A stretch of DNA of 64,000 bases, from NCBI GenBank assembly GCA_964016885.1, contig OZ024744.1, positions 92,876,001 to 92,940,000 of the forward strand. Direction: 5' to 3'. Each line of letters begins with the position of its first letter. The first letter of the stretch is position 1. This DNA is from Eledone cirrhosa. Taxonomy: Eukaryota. Of this stretch, positions 12,101 to 27,500 are shown one piece after another. Both the position numbers and the translations under genes were made by a program. The notes under the pieces were generated by a model that worked only from the letters and a program-made list of their open reading frames with translations, was not told the origin of the DNA and did no database searches.

Positions 12101-14950
12101 CAGCCTCTTGGTATCAGTCTATTGGTATCAGTCTCTTGGTATCAGTCTCTTTGTATCAGTCTCTTGGTATCAACCTCTTGGTATCAGCCTCTTGGTATCA
12201 ACGTTTTGGTATCAGTCTCTTGGTATCAACCTCTTTGTATCAGCCTCTTGGTATCAGTCTCTTGGTATCAGCCTCTTGGTATCAGTCTATTGGTATCAAT
12301 CTCTTGATATCAACCTCTTGGTAGCAGCTTCTTGGTATCAGTCTCTTGGTATCAACATCTTGGTATCAACCTCTTGGTATCAGTCTCTTGGTATCAACCT
12401 CTTGGTATCAGTCTCTTGGTATCGACCTCTTGGTATCAACCTCTTGGTATCAGTCTCTTGGTATCAACCTCTTGGTATCAGCCTCTTGGTATCAGTCTAT
12501 TGGCATCAGTCTCTTGGTATCAGTCTCTTTGTATCAGTCTCTTGGTATAAACCTCTTGGTATCAGCCTCTTGGTATCAACGTTTTGGTATCAGTCTCTTG
12601 GTATCAACCTCTTTGTATCAGCCTCTTGGTATCAGTCTCTTGGTATCAGCCTCTTGGTATCAGTCTATTGGTATCAGTCTCTTGATATCAACCTCTTGGT
12701 AGCAGCTTCTTGGTATCAACCTCTTGGTATCAGTCTCTTGGTATCAGCCACTTGGTATCAACCTCTTGGTATCAGTCTCTTGGGTTCAGTCTCTTGATAT
12801 CAACCTCTTGGTATCAACCTCTTGGTATCAACCTTTTGGTATCAACCTCTTGGTATCAGTCTCTTGGTATCAGTCTCTTGGTATCAGTCTCTTGGTATCA
12901 GCCTCTTGGTATCAGTCTATTGGTATCAGTTTCTTGGTATCAGTCTCTTGCTATCAGTCTCTTGGTATCAGTCTCTTGGTATCAACCTCTTGGTATCAGT
13001 CTCTTGGTATCAGTCTCTTGGTATCAGTCTCTTGGTATCAGTCTCTTGGTATCAGCCTCTTGGTATCAGTCTCTTGGTATCAGTCTCTTGGTATCAGTCT
13101 CTTGGTATCAGTCTCTTGGTATCAGTCTTTTGGTATCAACCTCTGGGTATCAGTCTCTTGGTATCAGTCTCTTGGTATCAGTCTCTTGGTATCAGTTTCT
13201 TGGTATCAGTCTCTTGGTATCAGTCTCTTGGTATCAGCCTCTTGGTATCAGTCTCTTGGTATCAGTCCTTTGGTATCAGTCTCTTGGTATCAGTCTCTTG
13301 GTATCAACATCTTGGTATCAACCTCTTGGTATCAGTCTCTTGGTATCAACCTCTTGGTATCAGTCTCTTGGTATCAGTCTATTGGTATCAACCTATTGGT
13401 ATCAGCCTCTTGGTATCAACCTCTTAGTATCAGCCTCATGGTACTAGACTCTTGGTATCAGCCTCTTGGTCGCAGCCTCTGGGTATCAGCCTCTTGGTAT
13501 CAGCCTCTGGGTATCAGTCTATAGGTATCAACCTATTGGTATCAGCCTCTTGGTATCAACCTCTTGGTATCAGTCTACTGGTATCAGTCTCTTGGTATCA
13601 AATTCTTGGTATAAGTCTCTTGGCATCAAACTCTTGGTATCAGTCTCTTGATATCAACCTCTTGGAATCAACCTCTTGGTAGCAGCCTCTTGGTATCAGC
13701 CTCTTGGTATCAACCTCTTGGTAGCAGCCTCTTGGTATCAGTCTATTGGTATCAATCTCTTGGTATCAGTCTATTGGTATCAACCTCTTGGTATTAGCCT
13801 CTTGGTATCAATCTCTTGGTATCAACCTCTTGGTATCAGTCTCTTGGTATCAGGCTCTTGGTATAACCCACTTGGTATCAGTCTCTTGGTATCAGCCTCT
13901 TGGTATCTACAACTTGGTATCAACCTCTTGGTATCAGTGTCTTGGTATCAGTCTCTTGGTATCAATCTCTTGGTTGTCAGCCTCTTGGTATCAGTCTCTT
14001 GGTATCAGTCTCTTGATATCAACCTCTTGGTATCAGTCTCTTGGTATCGACCTCTTGGTATCAACCTCTTTGTATCAACCTCTTGGTATCAACCTCTTGG
14101 TATCAGCCTCTTGGTATCAACCTCTTGGTATCAACCTCTTGGTATCGGTCTCTTGGTATAAGTCTCTTGGTATCAACCTCTTGGTATCAGCCTCTTGATA
14201 TCAATTTCTTGGTATCAACCTCATGGTACTAGCCTCTTGGTACCAGCCTCTTGATATCTACCTCTTGGTATCAGCCTCTTGGTATCAGTCTCTTGGTATC
14301 AGTCTCTTGGTATCAACCATTTGGTATCAACCTCTTGGTATCAGTCACTTGGTATCAGTCTATTGGTATCAGTCTATTGGTATCAGGCTCTTGGTATAAC
14401 CCATATGGTATCAGTCTCTTGATATCAACTTCTTGGTAGCAGCCTCTTGGTATCAACCTCTTGGTATCAGTCTTTTGATATCAACCCCTTGGTATCAGCC
14501 TATTGGTATCAGTCTATTGGTATCAGTCTCTTGGTATCAGTCTCTTGATATCAACCTCTTGGTATCAGTCTCTTGGTATCGACCTCTTGGTATCAACCTC
14601 TTGGTATCAGTCTCTTGGTATCAACCTCTTGGTATCAGCCTCTTGGTATCAGTCTATTGGTATCAGTCTCTTGGTATCAGTCTCTTTGTATCAGTCTCTT
14701 GGTATCAACCTCTTGGTATCAGCCTCTTGGTATCAACGTTTTGGTATCAGTCTCTTGGTATCAACCTCTTTGTATCAGCCTCTTGGTATCAGTCTCTTGG
14801 TATCAGCCTCTTGGTATCAGTCTATTGGTATCAATCTCTTGATATCAACCTCTTGGTAGCAGCTTCTTGGTATCAGTCTCTTGGTATCAACATCTTGGTA
14901 TCAACCTCTTGGTATCAGTCTCTTGGTATCAACCTCTTGGTATCAGTCTC
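8680..14950 (+). repeat. Higher-order repeat, about three copies, periods 2157 and 2535 bp
   Basis: The 15-nt insertion monomer lies at 9280, 11437 and 13972. Near-identical ORFs start at 8984, 11141 and 13676. 2157 = 154x14+1 and 2535 = 181x14+1. Confidence 0.88.
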
Positions 14951-17900
14951 TTGGTATCAGTCTCTTGGTATCAACCTCTTGGTATCAGTCTCTTGGTATC
15001 AACCTCTTTGTATCAGTCTCTTGGTATCAGCCTCTTGGTTTCAACCTCTTGGTATCAGTCTCGTGGTATCGACCTCTTGGTATCAACCTCTTGGTATCAG
15101 TCTCTTGGTATCAGTCTCTTAGTATCTGTCTCTTGGTATCAGTTTCTTGGTATCAACCATTTGGTATCAGCTACATTGTACCAACCTCTTGGTATCAGCT
15201 TCTCGGTATCAACATCTTGGTATCAGCCTCTTGGTATCAGCCACATGGTATCAACCTCTTGGTATCAGTCTATTGGTATCAGTCTCTTGGTATCAACCTC
15301 TTGGTATAAGTCTCTTGGCATCAACCTCTTGGTATCAGTCTCTTGATATCAACCTCTTGGTATCAACCTCTTGGTATCAACCTCTTGGTATCAAGCTCTT
15401 GGTATCCGCCCCTTGGTATCAGTGTATTGGTATCAACCTATTGGTATCAGCCTCTTGGAATCAACCTCTTGGTATCAGCCTCATGGTACTAGACTCTTGT
15501 TATCAGCTTCTTGGTATCAGCCTCTTCGTCGCAGCCTCTTGGTATCAGCCTCTTGGTATCAGCCTCTGGGTATCAGTCTATTGGTAGCAACCTATTGGTA
15601 TCAGTCTCTTGGTATCAACATCTTGGTATCAACCTCTTGGTATCAGTCTCTTGGTATCAGTCTATTGGTATCAGTCTCTTGGTATCAAATTCTTGGTATA
15701 AGTCTTTTGGCATCAACCTCTTGGTATCAGTCTCTTGATATCAACCTCTTGGTATCAACCTCTTGGTATCAATCTCTTGGTATCAAGCTCTTGGTATCAG
15801 CCACTTGGTATCAGTCTATTGGTATCAACCTATTGGTATCAGCCTCTTGGTATCAACCTCTTGGTATCAGCCTCATGGTGCTAGACTCTTGGTATCAGCC
15901 TCTTGATATCAGCCTCTTGGTCGCAGCCTCTTTGTATCAGCCTCTTGGTATCGGCCTCTGGGTATCGGTCTATTGGTATCAACCTGTTGGTATCAGCCTC
16001 TTGGTATCAACCTCTTGGTATCAGCCTCTTGGTATCAGCCTCTTGGTAGCAGCCTCTTGGTATCAGTCTATTGGTATCAACCTATTGGTATCAGCCTCTT
16101 GGTATCAATCTCTTGGTATCAGCCTCTTGGTATCAGCCTCTTGGTATCAACCTCTTGGTAGCAGCCTCTTGGTATCAGTCTATTGGTATCAACATCTTGG
16201 TATCAGTCTATTGGTATCAACCTATTGGTATCAGCCTCTTGGTATCAATCTCTTGGTATCAGGCTCTTGGTATAACCCATTTGGTATCAGTTTCTTGGTA
16301 TCAGCCTCTTGGTATCTACAACTTGGTATCAACCTCTTGGTATCAACCTCTTGGTATCAACCTCTTGGTATCAACCTCTTGGTATCAGTCTCTTGGTATC
16401 AGTCTCTTGGTATCAACCTCTTGGTATCAGCCTCTTGATATCAACCTCTTGGTATCAACCTCATGGTACTAGCCTCTTGGTACCAGCCTCTTGATATCTT
16501 CCTCTTGGTATCAGTCTCTTCGTATCAACCATTTGGTATCAACCTCTTGGTATCAGTCACTTGGTATCAGTCTATTGGTATCAGTCTATTGGTATCAGGC
16601 TCTTGTTATCAGTCTCTTGGTATGGACCTCTTGATATCGACCTCTTGGTATCAACCTCTTGGTAGCAGCCTCTTGGTATCAGGTTCTTGGTATCAGTCTA
16701 TTGGTATCAGGCTGTTGGTATAACCCATTTGGTATCAGTCTCTTGATGTCAACCTCTTGGTAGCAGCTTCTTGGTATCAACCTCTCGGTATCAGTCTCTT
16801 GGTATCAACCTCTTGGTATCAGCCTCTTGGTACCAGTCTATTGGTATTAGTCTCTTGGTATCAATCTCTTGGTATCACCCTCTTGGTATCAGCCTCTTGG
16901 TATCAACGTTTTGGTATCAGTCTCTTGGTATCAACCTCTTTGTATCAGCCTCTTTGTATCTACCTCTTGGTATCAGCCTCTTGGTAGCAGCCTCTTGGTA
17001 TCAACATCTTGGTATCAGTCTCTTGGTATCAGCCACTTGGTATCAACCTCTTGGTATCAGTCTCTTGGTATCAGTCTCTTGGAATCAGTCTCTTGATATC
17101 AACCTCTTGGTATCAACCTCTTGGTATCAACCTATTGGTATCAAGCTCTTGGTATCCGCCACTTGGTATCAGTCTATTGGTATCAACCTATTGGTATCAG
17201 CCTCTTCGTATCAACCTCTTGGTATCAACATCTTGGTATCAAGCTCTTGGTATCAGCCACTTGGTATCAGTCTATTGGTATCAACCTATTGGTATCAGCC
17301 TCTTGGTATAAACCTCTTGGTATCAGCCTCATGGTACTAGACTCTTGGTATCAGCCTCTTGGTATCAGCCTCTTGGTCGCAGCCTCTTTGTATCAGACTC
17401 TTGGTATCAGCCTCTGCGTATCAGTCTATTGGTATCAACCTCTTGGTATCAGCCTCTTGGTATCAACCTCTTGGTATCAGCCTCTTGGTATCAGCCTCTT
17501 GGTAGCAGCCTCTTGGTATCAGTCTATTGGTGTCAACCTATTGGTATCAGCCTCTTGGTATCAACCTCTTGGTATCAGCCTCTTGGTATCAGCCTCTTGG
17601 TATCAACCTCTTGGTAGCAGCCTCTTGGTATCAGTCTATTGGCATCAATCTCTTGGTATCAGTCTATTGGTATCAACCTCTTGGTATAAGCCTCTTGGTA
17701 TCAATCTCTTGGTATCAACCTCTTGGTATCAGTCTCATGGTATCAGGCTCTTGGTATAACCCACTTGGTATCAGCCACTTGGTATCAGTCTATTGGTATC
17801 AACCTATTGGTATCAGCCTCTTGGTATAAACCTCTTGGTATCAGCCTCATGGTACTAGACTCTTGGTATCAGCCTCTTGGTATCAACCTCTTGGTATCAG

Positions 17901-20900
17901 CCTCTTGGTATCAGCCTCTTGGTAGCAGCCTCTTGGTATCAGTCTATTGGTATCAACCTATTGGTATCAATCTCTTGGTATCAGCCTCTTGGTATCAGTC
18001 TCTTGGTATCAGTCTCTTGATATCAAACTCTTGGTATCAGTCTCTTGGTATCAACCTCTTGGTATCAGCCTCTTGATATCAACCTCTTGGTATCAACCTC
18101 ATGGTACTAGACTCTTGGTACCAGCCTCTTGATATTTACCTCTTGGTATCAGCCTCTTGGTATCAGTCTCTTGGTATCAGTCTCTTGGTATCAACCATTT
18201 GGTATCAGTCTATTGGTATCAGTCTTTTGGTATCAGGGTCTTGGTATAACCCATTTGGTATCAGTCTCTTGATATCAACCTCTTGGTAGCAGCCTCTTGG
18301 TATCAACCTCTTGGTATTAATCTCTTGATATCAACCCCTTGGTATCAGCCTATTGGTATCAGTCTATTGGTATCAGTCTCTTGGTATCAGTCTCTTGGTA
18401 TCAGTCTCTTGGTATCGACCTCTTGGTATCGAACTCTTGGCATCAACCTCTTGGTAGCAGCCTCTTGGTATCAGGTTCTTGGTATCAGTCTACTGGTATC
18501 AGGCTTTTGGTATAACCCATTTGGTATCAGTCTCTTGATATCAACCTCTTGGTAGCAGCCTCTTGGTATCAACCTCTTGGTATCAGTCTCTTGGTATCAA
18601 CCTCTTGGTATCAGCCTCTTGGTATCAGTCTATTGGTATCAGTCTCTTGGTATCAGTCTCTTGGTATCAGCCACTTGGTATCAACCTCCTGGTATCAGTC
18701 TCTTGGTATCAGTCTCTTGGTATCAGTCTCTTGGTATCAGTCTCTTGGTATCAACCTCTTGGTATCAGCCTCTTGATATCAACCTCTTGGTATCAACCTC
18801 ATGGTACTAGACTCTTGGTACCAGCCTCTTGATATTTACCTCTTGGTATCAGCCTCTTGGTATCAGACTCTTGGTATCAGTCTCTTGGTATCAGTCTCTT
18901 GGTATCAACCTCTTGGTATCAGCCTCTAGGTATCAACGTTTTGGTATCAGTCCCTTGGTATCAACCTCTTTGTATCAACCTCTTGGTAGCAGCCTCTTGG
19001 TATCAACATCTTGGTATCAGTCTCTTGGTATCAGCCACTTGGTATCGACCTCCTGGTATCAGTCTCTTGGTATCAGTCTCTTGGTATCAGTCTCTTGGTA
19101 TCAGACTCTTGGTATCAGTCTCTTGGTATCAGTCTCTTGGTATCAACCTCTTGGTATCAGTCTCTTGGTATCAGCCTCTTGGTATCAGTCTCTTGGTATC
19201 AGTCTCTAGGTATCAAGCTCTTGGTATCACACTTTTGGTATCAGCCACTTGGTATCAACCTCTTGGTATCAACCTCTTGGTATCAGTCTCTTGGTATCAG
19301 TCTCTTGGTATCAACCTCTTGGTGTCAGTCTTTGGTATCAACCTCTTGGTATCAGTCTCTTGGTATCAGTCTCTAGGTATCAGTCCCTTGGTATCAGTCT
19401 CTTGGTATCAGTCTCTTGGTATCAGTCTCTTGGTATCAGTCTCTTGGTATCAGTCTCTTGGTATCAGTCTCTTGGTATCAGTCTCTTGGTGTCAGTCTCT
19501 TGGTATCGACCTCTTGGTATCAGCCTCTTGGTATCAACCTCTTGGTATCAGTCTCTTGGTATCAGTCTCTTGGTATCAGTCTCTTGGTATCAGCCTCTTG
19601 GTATCAGTCTATTGGTATCAGTCTCTTGGTATCAGTCTCTTGGTATCAGTCTCTTGGTATCAGTCTCTTGGTATCAACCTCTTGGTATCAGTCTCTTGGT
19701 ATCAGTCTCTTGGTATCAGTCTCTTGGTATCAGCCTCTTGGTATCAGTCTCTTGGTATCAGTCTCTTGGTATCAGTCTCTTGGTATCAGTCGTTTGGTAT
19801 CAACCTCTGGGTATCAGTCTCTTGGTATCAGTCTCTTGGTATCAGTTTCTTGGTATCAGTCTCTTGGTATCAGTCTCTTGGTATCAGTCTCTTGGTATCA
19901 ACCTCTTGGTATCAGTCTCTTGGTATCAGTCTCTTGGTATCAGTCTCTTGGTATCAGTCTTTTGGTATCAGCCTCTTGGTATCAGTCTCTTGGTATCAGT
20001 CTCTTGGTATCAGTCTCTTGGTATCAGTCTTTTGGTATCAGCCTCTTGGTATCAGTCTCTTGGTATCAGTCTCTTGGTATCAGTCTCTTGGTATCAGTCG
20101 TTTGGTATCAACCTCTGGGTATCAGTCTCTTGGTATCAGTCTCTTGGTATCAGTTTCTTGGTATCAGTCTCTTGGTATCAGCCTCTTGGTATCAGTCTCT
20201 TGGTATCAGCCTCTTGGTATCAGTCTCTTGGTATCAGTCCTTTGGTATCAGTCTCTTGGTATCAGTCTCTTGGTATCAACATCTTGGTATCAACCTCTTG
20301 GTATCAGTCTCTTGGTATCAACCTCTTGGTATCAGTCTCTTGGTATCAGTCTCTTGGTATCAGTCTCTTGGTATCAGCCTCTTGGTATCAACCTCTTGTT
20401 ATCAGTCTCTTGGTATCGACCTCTTGGTATCAACCTCTTGGTATCAGTCTCTTGCTATCAGTCTCTTGGTATATGTCTGTTGGTATCAGTCTCTTGGTAT
20501 CAACCATTTGGTATCAACCTCTTGGTATCAGTCACTTGGTATCAGTCTATTGTTATCAGTCTATTGGTATCAGGCTCTTGGTATAACCCATATGGTATCA
20601 GTCTCTTGATATCAACTTCTTGGTAGCAGCCTCTTGGTATCAACCTCTTGGTATCAGTCTCTTGATATCAACCCCTTGGTATCAGCCTATTGGTATCAGT
20701 CTATTGGTATCAGTCTCTTGTTATCAGTCTCTTGGTATCAACCTCTTGATATCGGCCTCTTGGTATCAACCTCTTGGTAGCAGCCTCTTGGTATCAGGTT
20801 CTTGGTATCAGTCTATTGGTATCAGGCTGTTGGTATAACCCATTTGGTATCAGTCTCTTGATATCAACCTCTTGGTATCAGCCTCTTGGTATCAGTCTAT

Positions 20901-21659
20901 TGGTATCAGTCTCTTGGTATCAGTCTCTTTGTATCAGTCTCTTGGTATCAACCTCTTGGTATCAGCCTCTTGGTATCAACGTTTTGGTATCAGTCTCTTG
21001 GTATCAACCTCTTTGTATCAGCCTCTTCGTATCTACCTCTTGGTATCAGCCTCTTGGTAGCAGCCTCTTGGTATCAACCTCTTGGTATCAGTCTCTTGGT
21101 ATCAGCCACTTGGTATCAACCTCTTGGTATCAGTCTCTTGGTATCAGTCTCTTGGTATCAGTCTCTTGATATCAACCTCTTGGTATCAACCTCTTGGTAT
21201 CAACCTTTTGGTATCAACCTCTTGGTATCAGTCTCTTGGTATCAGTCTCTTGGTATCAGTCTCTTGGTATCAGCCTCTTGGTATCAGTCTATTGGTATCA
21301 GTCTCTGGGTATCAGTCTCTTGCTATCAGTCTCTTGGTATCAGTCTCTTGGTATCAACCTCTTGGTATCAGTCTCTTGGTATCAGTCTCTTGGTATCAGT
21401 CTCTTGGTATCAGTCTCTTGGTATCAGCCTCTTGGTATCAGTCTCTTGGTATCAGTCTCTTGGTATCAGTCTCTTGGTATCAGTCTTTTGGTATCAACCT
21501 CTGGGTATCAGTCTCTTGGTATCAGTCTCTTGGTATCAGTCTCTTGGTATCAGTCTCTTGGTATCAGTCTCTTGGTATCAGTCTCTTGGTATAAGCCTCT
21601 TGGTATCAGTCTCTTGGTATCAGTCTCTTGGTATCAACATCTTGGTATCAACCTCTAGT

Positions 21660-24560
21660 GCTAGACTCTTGGTATCAGCCTCTTGGTATCAGCCTCTTGG
21701 TCGCAGCCTCTTTGTATAAGCCTCTTGGTATCAGCCTCTGGGTATCGGTCTATTGGTATCAACCTCTTGGTATCAGCCTCTTGGTATCAACCTCTTGGTA
21801 TCAGCCTCTTGGTATCAGCCTCTTGGTATCAACCTCTTCGTAGCAGCCTCTTGGTATCTACAACTTGGTATCAACCTCTTGGTATCAACCTCTTGGTATC
21901 AACCTCTTGGTATGAACCTCTTGTTATCAACCTCTTGGTATCAGTCTCTTGGTATCAGTCTCTTGGTATCAACCTCTTGGTATCAGCCTCTTGATATCAA
22001 CCTCTTGGTATCAACCTCATGGTACTAGCCTCTTGGTACCAGCATCTTGATATCTTCCTCTTGGTATCAGTCTCTTCGTATCAGTCTCTTGGTATCAGTC
22101 TCTAGGTATCAACCATTTGGTATCAACCTCTTGGTATCAGTCACTTGGTATCAGTCTATTGGTATCAGTCTATTGGTATCAGGCTCTTGTTATCAGTCTC
22201 TTGGTATCGACCTCTTGATATCGACCTCTTGGTATCAACCTCTTGGTAGCAGCCTCTTGGTATCAGGTTCTTGGTATCAGTCTATTGGTATCAGGCTGTT
22301 GGTATAACCCATTTGGTATCAGTCTCTTGATATCAACCTCTTGGTAGCAGCTTCTTGGTATCAACCTCTCGGTATCAGTCTCTTGGTATCAACCTCTTGG
22401 TATCAGCCTCTTGGTATCAGTCTATTGGTATCAGTCTCTTGGTATCAGTCTCTTTGTATCAATCTCTTGGTATCAACCTCTTGGTATCAGCCTCTTGGTA
22501 TCAACGTTTTGGTATCAGTCTCTTGGTATCAGCCTCTTGGTATCAGTCTCTTGGTATCAGTCTCTTGGTATCAGTCTCTTGGTATCAGTCTTTTGGTATC
22601 AACCTCTGGGTATCAGTCTCTTGGTATCAGTCTCTTGGTATCAGTCTCTTGGTATCAGTCTCTTGGTATCAGTCTCTTGGTATAAGCCTCTTGGTATCAG
22701 TCTCTTGGTATCAGTCCTTTGGTATCAGTCTCTTGGTATCAGTCTCTTGGTATCAACATCTTGGTATCAACCTCTTGGTATCAGTCTCTTGGTATCAACC
22801 TCTTGGTATCAGTCTCTTGGTATCAGTCTCTTGGTATCAGTCTCTTGGTATCAGTCTCTTGGTATCAGTCTCTTGGTATCAGTCTCTTGGTATCAGCCTC
22901 TTGGTTTCAACCTCTTGGTATCAGTCTCTTGGTATCGACCTCTTGGTATCAGTCTCTTGGTATCTGTCTCTTGGTATCAGTTTCTTGGTATCAACCATTT
23001 GGTATCAGCTACATTGTACCAACCTTTGGTATCAGCCTCTCGGTATCAACATCTTGGTATCAGCCTCTTGGTATCAGCCACATGGTATCAACCTCTTGGT
23101 ATCAGTCTATTTGTATCAGTCTCTTGGTATCAACCTCTTGGTATAAGTCTCTTGGCATCAACCTCTTGGTATCAGTCTCTTGATATCAACCTCTTGGTAT
23201 CAACCTCTTGGTATCAACCTCTTGGTATCAAGCTCTTGGTATCCGCCCCTTGGTATCAGTCTATTGGTATCAACCTATTGGTATCAGCCTCTTGGTATCA
23301 ACCTCTTGGTATCAGCCTCATGGTACTAGACTCTTGGTATCAGCTTCTTGGTATCAGCCTCTTGGTATCAGCCTCTGGGTATCAGCCTCTGGGTATCAGT
23401 CTATTGGTAGCAACCTATTGGTATCAGTCTCTTGGTATCAACATCTTGGTATCAACCTCTTGGTATCAGTCTCTTGGTATCAGTCTATTGGTATCAGTCT
23501 CTTGGTATCAAATTCTTGGTATAAGTCTTTTGGCATCAACCTCTTGGTATCAGTCTCTTGATATCAACCTCTTGGTATCAACCTCTTGGTATCAATCTCT
23601 TGGTATCAAGCTCTTGGTATCAGCCACTTGGTATCAGTCTATTGGTATCAACCTATTGGTATCAGCCTCTTGGTATCAACCTCTTGGTATCAGCTTCATG
23701 GTGCTAGACTCTTGGTATCAGCCTCTTGGTATCAGCCTCTTGGTCGCAGCCTCTTTGTATAAGCCTCTTGGTATCAGCCTCTGGGTATCGGTCTATTGGT
23801 ATCAACCTCTTGGTATCAGCCTCTTGGTATCAACCTCTTGGTATCAGCCTCTTGGTATCAGCCTCTTGGTATCAACCTCTTCGTAGCAGCCTCTTGGTAT
23901 CTACAACTTGGTATCAACCTCTTGGTATCAACCTCTTGGTATCAACCTCTTGGTATGAACCTCTTGTTATCAACCTCTTGGTATCAGTCTCTTGGTATCA
24001 GTCTCTTGGTATCAACCTCTTGGTATCAGCCTCTTGATATCAACCTCTTGGTATCAACCTCATGTTACTAGCCTCTTGGTACCAGCATCTTGATATCTTC
24101 CTCTTGGTATCAGTCTCTTCGTATCAGTCTCTTGGTATCAGTCTCTAGGTATCAACCATTTGGTATCAACCTCTTGGTATCAGTCACTTGGTATCAGTCT
24201 ATTGGTATCAGTCTATTGGTATCAGGCTCTTGTTATCAGTCTCTTGGTATCGACCTCTTGATATCGACCTCTTGGTATCAACCTCTTGGTAGCAGCCTCT
24301 TGGTATCAGGTTCTTGGTATCAGTCTATTGGTATCAGGCTGTTGGTATAACCCATTTGGTATCAGTCTCTTGATATCAACATCTTGGTAGCAGCTTCTTG
24401 GTATCAACCTCTCGGTATCAGTCTCTTGGTATCAACCTCTTGGTATCAGCCTCTTGGTATCAGTCTATTGGTATCAGTCTCTTGGTATCTGTCTCTTTGT
24501 ATCAATCTCTTGGTATCAACCTCTTGGTATCAGCCTCTTGGTATCAACGTTTTGGTATCA
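21660..24560 (+). repeat. Duplicated ~0.9-kb block at 2043-bp offset; a third copy lies at ~28476-29340
   Basis: Matching ORFs at 21683/23726/28499 and 22047/24090/28863; shared markers GTGCTAGAC, TTCGTAGCAG and ACCAGCATC. Confidence 0.8.
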
Positions 24561-27500
24561 GTCTCTTGGTATCAACCTCTTTGTATCAGCCTCTTCGTAT
24601 CTACCTCTTGGTGTCAGGCTCTTGGTAGCAGCCTCTTGGTATCAGTCTCTTGGTATCAGTCTTTTGGTATCAGTCTCTTGGTATCAGTCTCTTGGTATCA
24701 ACCTCTTTGTATCAGCCTCTTTGTATCTACCTCTTGGTATCAGTCTCTTGGTAGCAGCCTCTTGGTATCAACCTCTTGGTATCAGTCTCTTCGTATCAGC
24801 CACTTGGTATCAACCTCTTGGTATCAGTCTCTTGGTATCAGTCTCTTGGAATCAGTCTCTTGATATCAACCTCTTGGTATCAACCTCTTGGTATCAACCT
24901 CTTGGTAACAAGCTCTTGGTATCCACCACTTGGTATCAGTCTCTTGGTATCAGTCTCTAGGTATCAACCATTTGGTATCAACCTCTTGGTATCAGTCACT
25001 TGGTATCAGTCTATTGGTATCAGTCTATTGGTATCAGGCTCTTGTTATCAGTCTCTTGGTATCGACCTCTTGATATCGACCTCTTGGTATCAACCTCTTG
25101 GTAGCAGCCTCTTGGTATCAGGTTCTTGGTATCAGTCTATTGGTATCAGGCTGTTGGTATAACCCATTTGGTATCAGTCTCTTGATATCAACCTCTTGGT
25201 AGCAGCCTCTTGGTATCAACCTCTTGGTATCAGTCTCTTGGTATCAACCTCTTGGTATCAGCCTCTTGGTATCAGTCTATTGGTATCAGTCTCTTGGTAT
25301 CAGTCTCTTTGTATCAGTCTCTTGGTATCAACCTCTTGGTATCAGCCTCTAGGTATCAACGTTTTGGTATCAGTCCCTTGGTATCAACCTATTTGTATCA
25401 GCCTCTTCGTATCTACCTCTTGGTATCAGTCTCTTGGTATCAACCTCTTTGTATCAACCTCTTGGTAGCAGCCTCTTGGTATCAACCTCTTGGTATCAGT
25501 CTCTTGGTATCAGCCACTTGGTATCAACCTCCTGGTATCAGTCTCTTGGTATCAGTCTCTTGTATCAGTCTCTTGGTATCAGTCTCTTGGTATCAGTCTC
25601 TTGGTATCAACCTCTTGGTATCAGTCTCTTGGTAGCAGCCTCTTGGTAGCAGCCTCTTGGTGTCAGTCTCTTGGTATCAACCTCTTGGTAGCAGCCTCTT
25701 GGTGTCAGTCTCTTGGTATCAACCTCTTGGTATCAGTCTCTTGGTATCAGTCTCTAGGTATCAAGCTCTTGGTATCACACTTTTGGTATCAGCCACTTGG
25801 TATCAACCTCTTGGTATCAACCTCTTGGTATCAGTCTCTTGGTATCAGTCTCTTGGTATCAACCTCTTGGTATCAGTCTCTTGGTATCAACATCTTGGTA
25901 TCAGCCTCTTGGTATCTACCTCTTGGTATCAACCTCTTGGTAGCAGCCTCTTGGTGTCAGTCTCTTGGTATCAACTTCTTGGTATCAGTCTCTTGGTATC
26001 AGTCTCTAGGTATCAGTCCCTTGGTATCAGTCTCTTGGTATCAATCTCTTGGTATCAGTCTCTTGGTATCAGTCTCTTGGTATCAGTCTCTTGGTATCAG
26101 TCTCTTGGTATCAGTCTCTTGGTGTCAGTCTCTTGGTATCGACCTCTTGGTATCAGCCTCTTGGTATCAACCTCTTGGTATCAGTCTCTTGGTATCAGTC
26201 TCTTGGTATCAGTCTCTTGGTATCAGCCTCTTGGTATCAGTCTCTTGGTATCAGCCTCTTGGTATCAGTCTCTTGGTATCAGTCCTTTGGTATCAGTCTC
26301 TTGGTATCAGTCTCTTGGTATCAACATCTTGGTATCAACCTCTTGGTATCAGTCTCTTGGTATCAACCTCTTGGTATCAGTCTCTTGGTATCAGTCTCTT
26401 GGTATCAGACTCTTGGTATCAGCCTCTTGGTATCAACCTCTTGTTATCAGTCTCTTGGTATCGACCTCTTGGTATCAACCTCTTGGTAGCAGTCTCTTGC
26501 TATCAGTCTCTTGGTATCTGTCTCTTGGTATCAGTCTCTTGGTATCAACCATTTGGTATCAACCTCTTGGTATCAGTCACTTGGTATCAGTCTATTGGTA
26601 TCAGTCTATTGGTATCAGGCTCTTGGTATAACCCATATTGTATCAGTCTCTTGATATCAACTTCTTGGTAGCAGCCTCTTGGTATCAACCTCTTGGTATC
26701 AGTCTCTTGATATCAACCCCTTGGTATCAGCCTATTGGTATCAGTCTATTGGTATCAGTCTCTTGTTATCAGTCTCTTGGTATCAACCTCTTGATATCGG
26801 CCTCTTGGTATCAACCTCTTGGTAGCAGCCTCTTGGTATCAGGTTCTTGGTATCAGTCTATTGGTATCAGGCTGTTGGTATAACCCATTTGGTATCAGTA
26901 TCTTGATATCAACCTCTTGGTAGCAACTTCTTGGTATCAACCTCTTGGTATCAGTCTCTTGGTATCAACCTCTTGGTATCAGCCTCTTGGTATCAGTCTA
27001 TTGGTATCAGTCTCTTGGTATCAGTCTCTTTGTATCAGTCTCTTGGTATCAACCTCTTGGTATCAGCCTCTTGGTATCAACGTTTTGGTATCAGTCTCTT
27101 GGTATCAACCTCTTTGTATCAGCCTCTTCGTATCTACCTCTTGGTATCAGCCTCTTGGTAGCAGCCTCTTGGTATCAACCTCTTGGTATCAGTCTCTTGG
27201 TATCAGTCACTTGGTATCAACCTCTTGGTATCAGTCTCTTGGTATCAGTCTCTTGGTATCAGTCTCTTGATATCAACCTCTTGGTATCAACATCTTGGTA
27301 TCAACCTTTTGGTATCAACCTCTTGGTATCAGTCTCTTGGTATCAGTCTCTTGGTATCAGTCTCTTGGTATCAGCCTCTTGGTATCAGTCTATTGGTATC
27401 AGTCTCTGGGTATCAGTCTCTTGCTATCAGTCTCTTGGTATCAGTCTCTTGGTATCAACCTCTTGGTATCAGTCTCTTGGTATCAGTCTCTTGGTATCAG

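Noticed and set aside
697-25575. Four +1 insertions followed by four -1 deletions restore the original register exactly
   Set aside because: The four insertions are copies of one event, and the count depends on where the window starts. Most likely coincidence.
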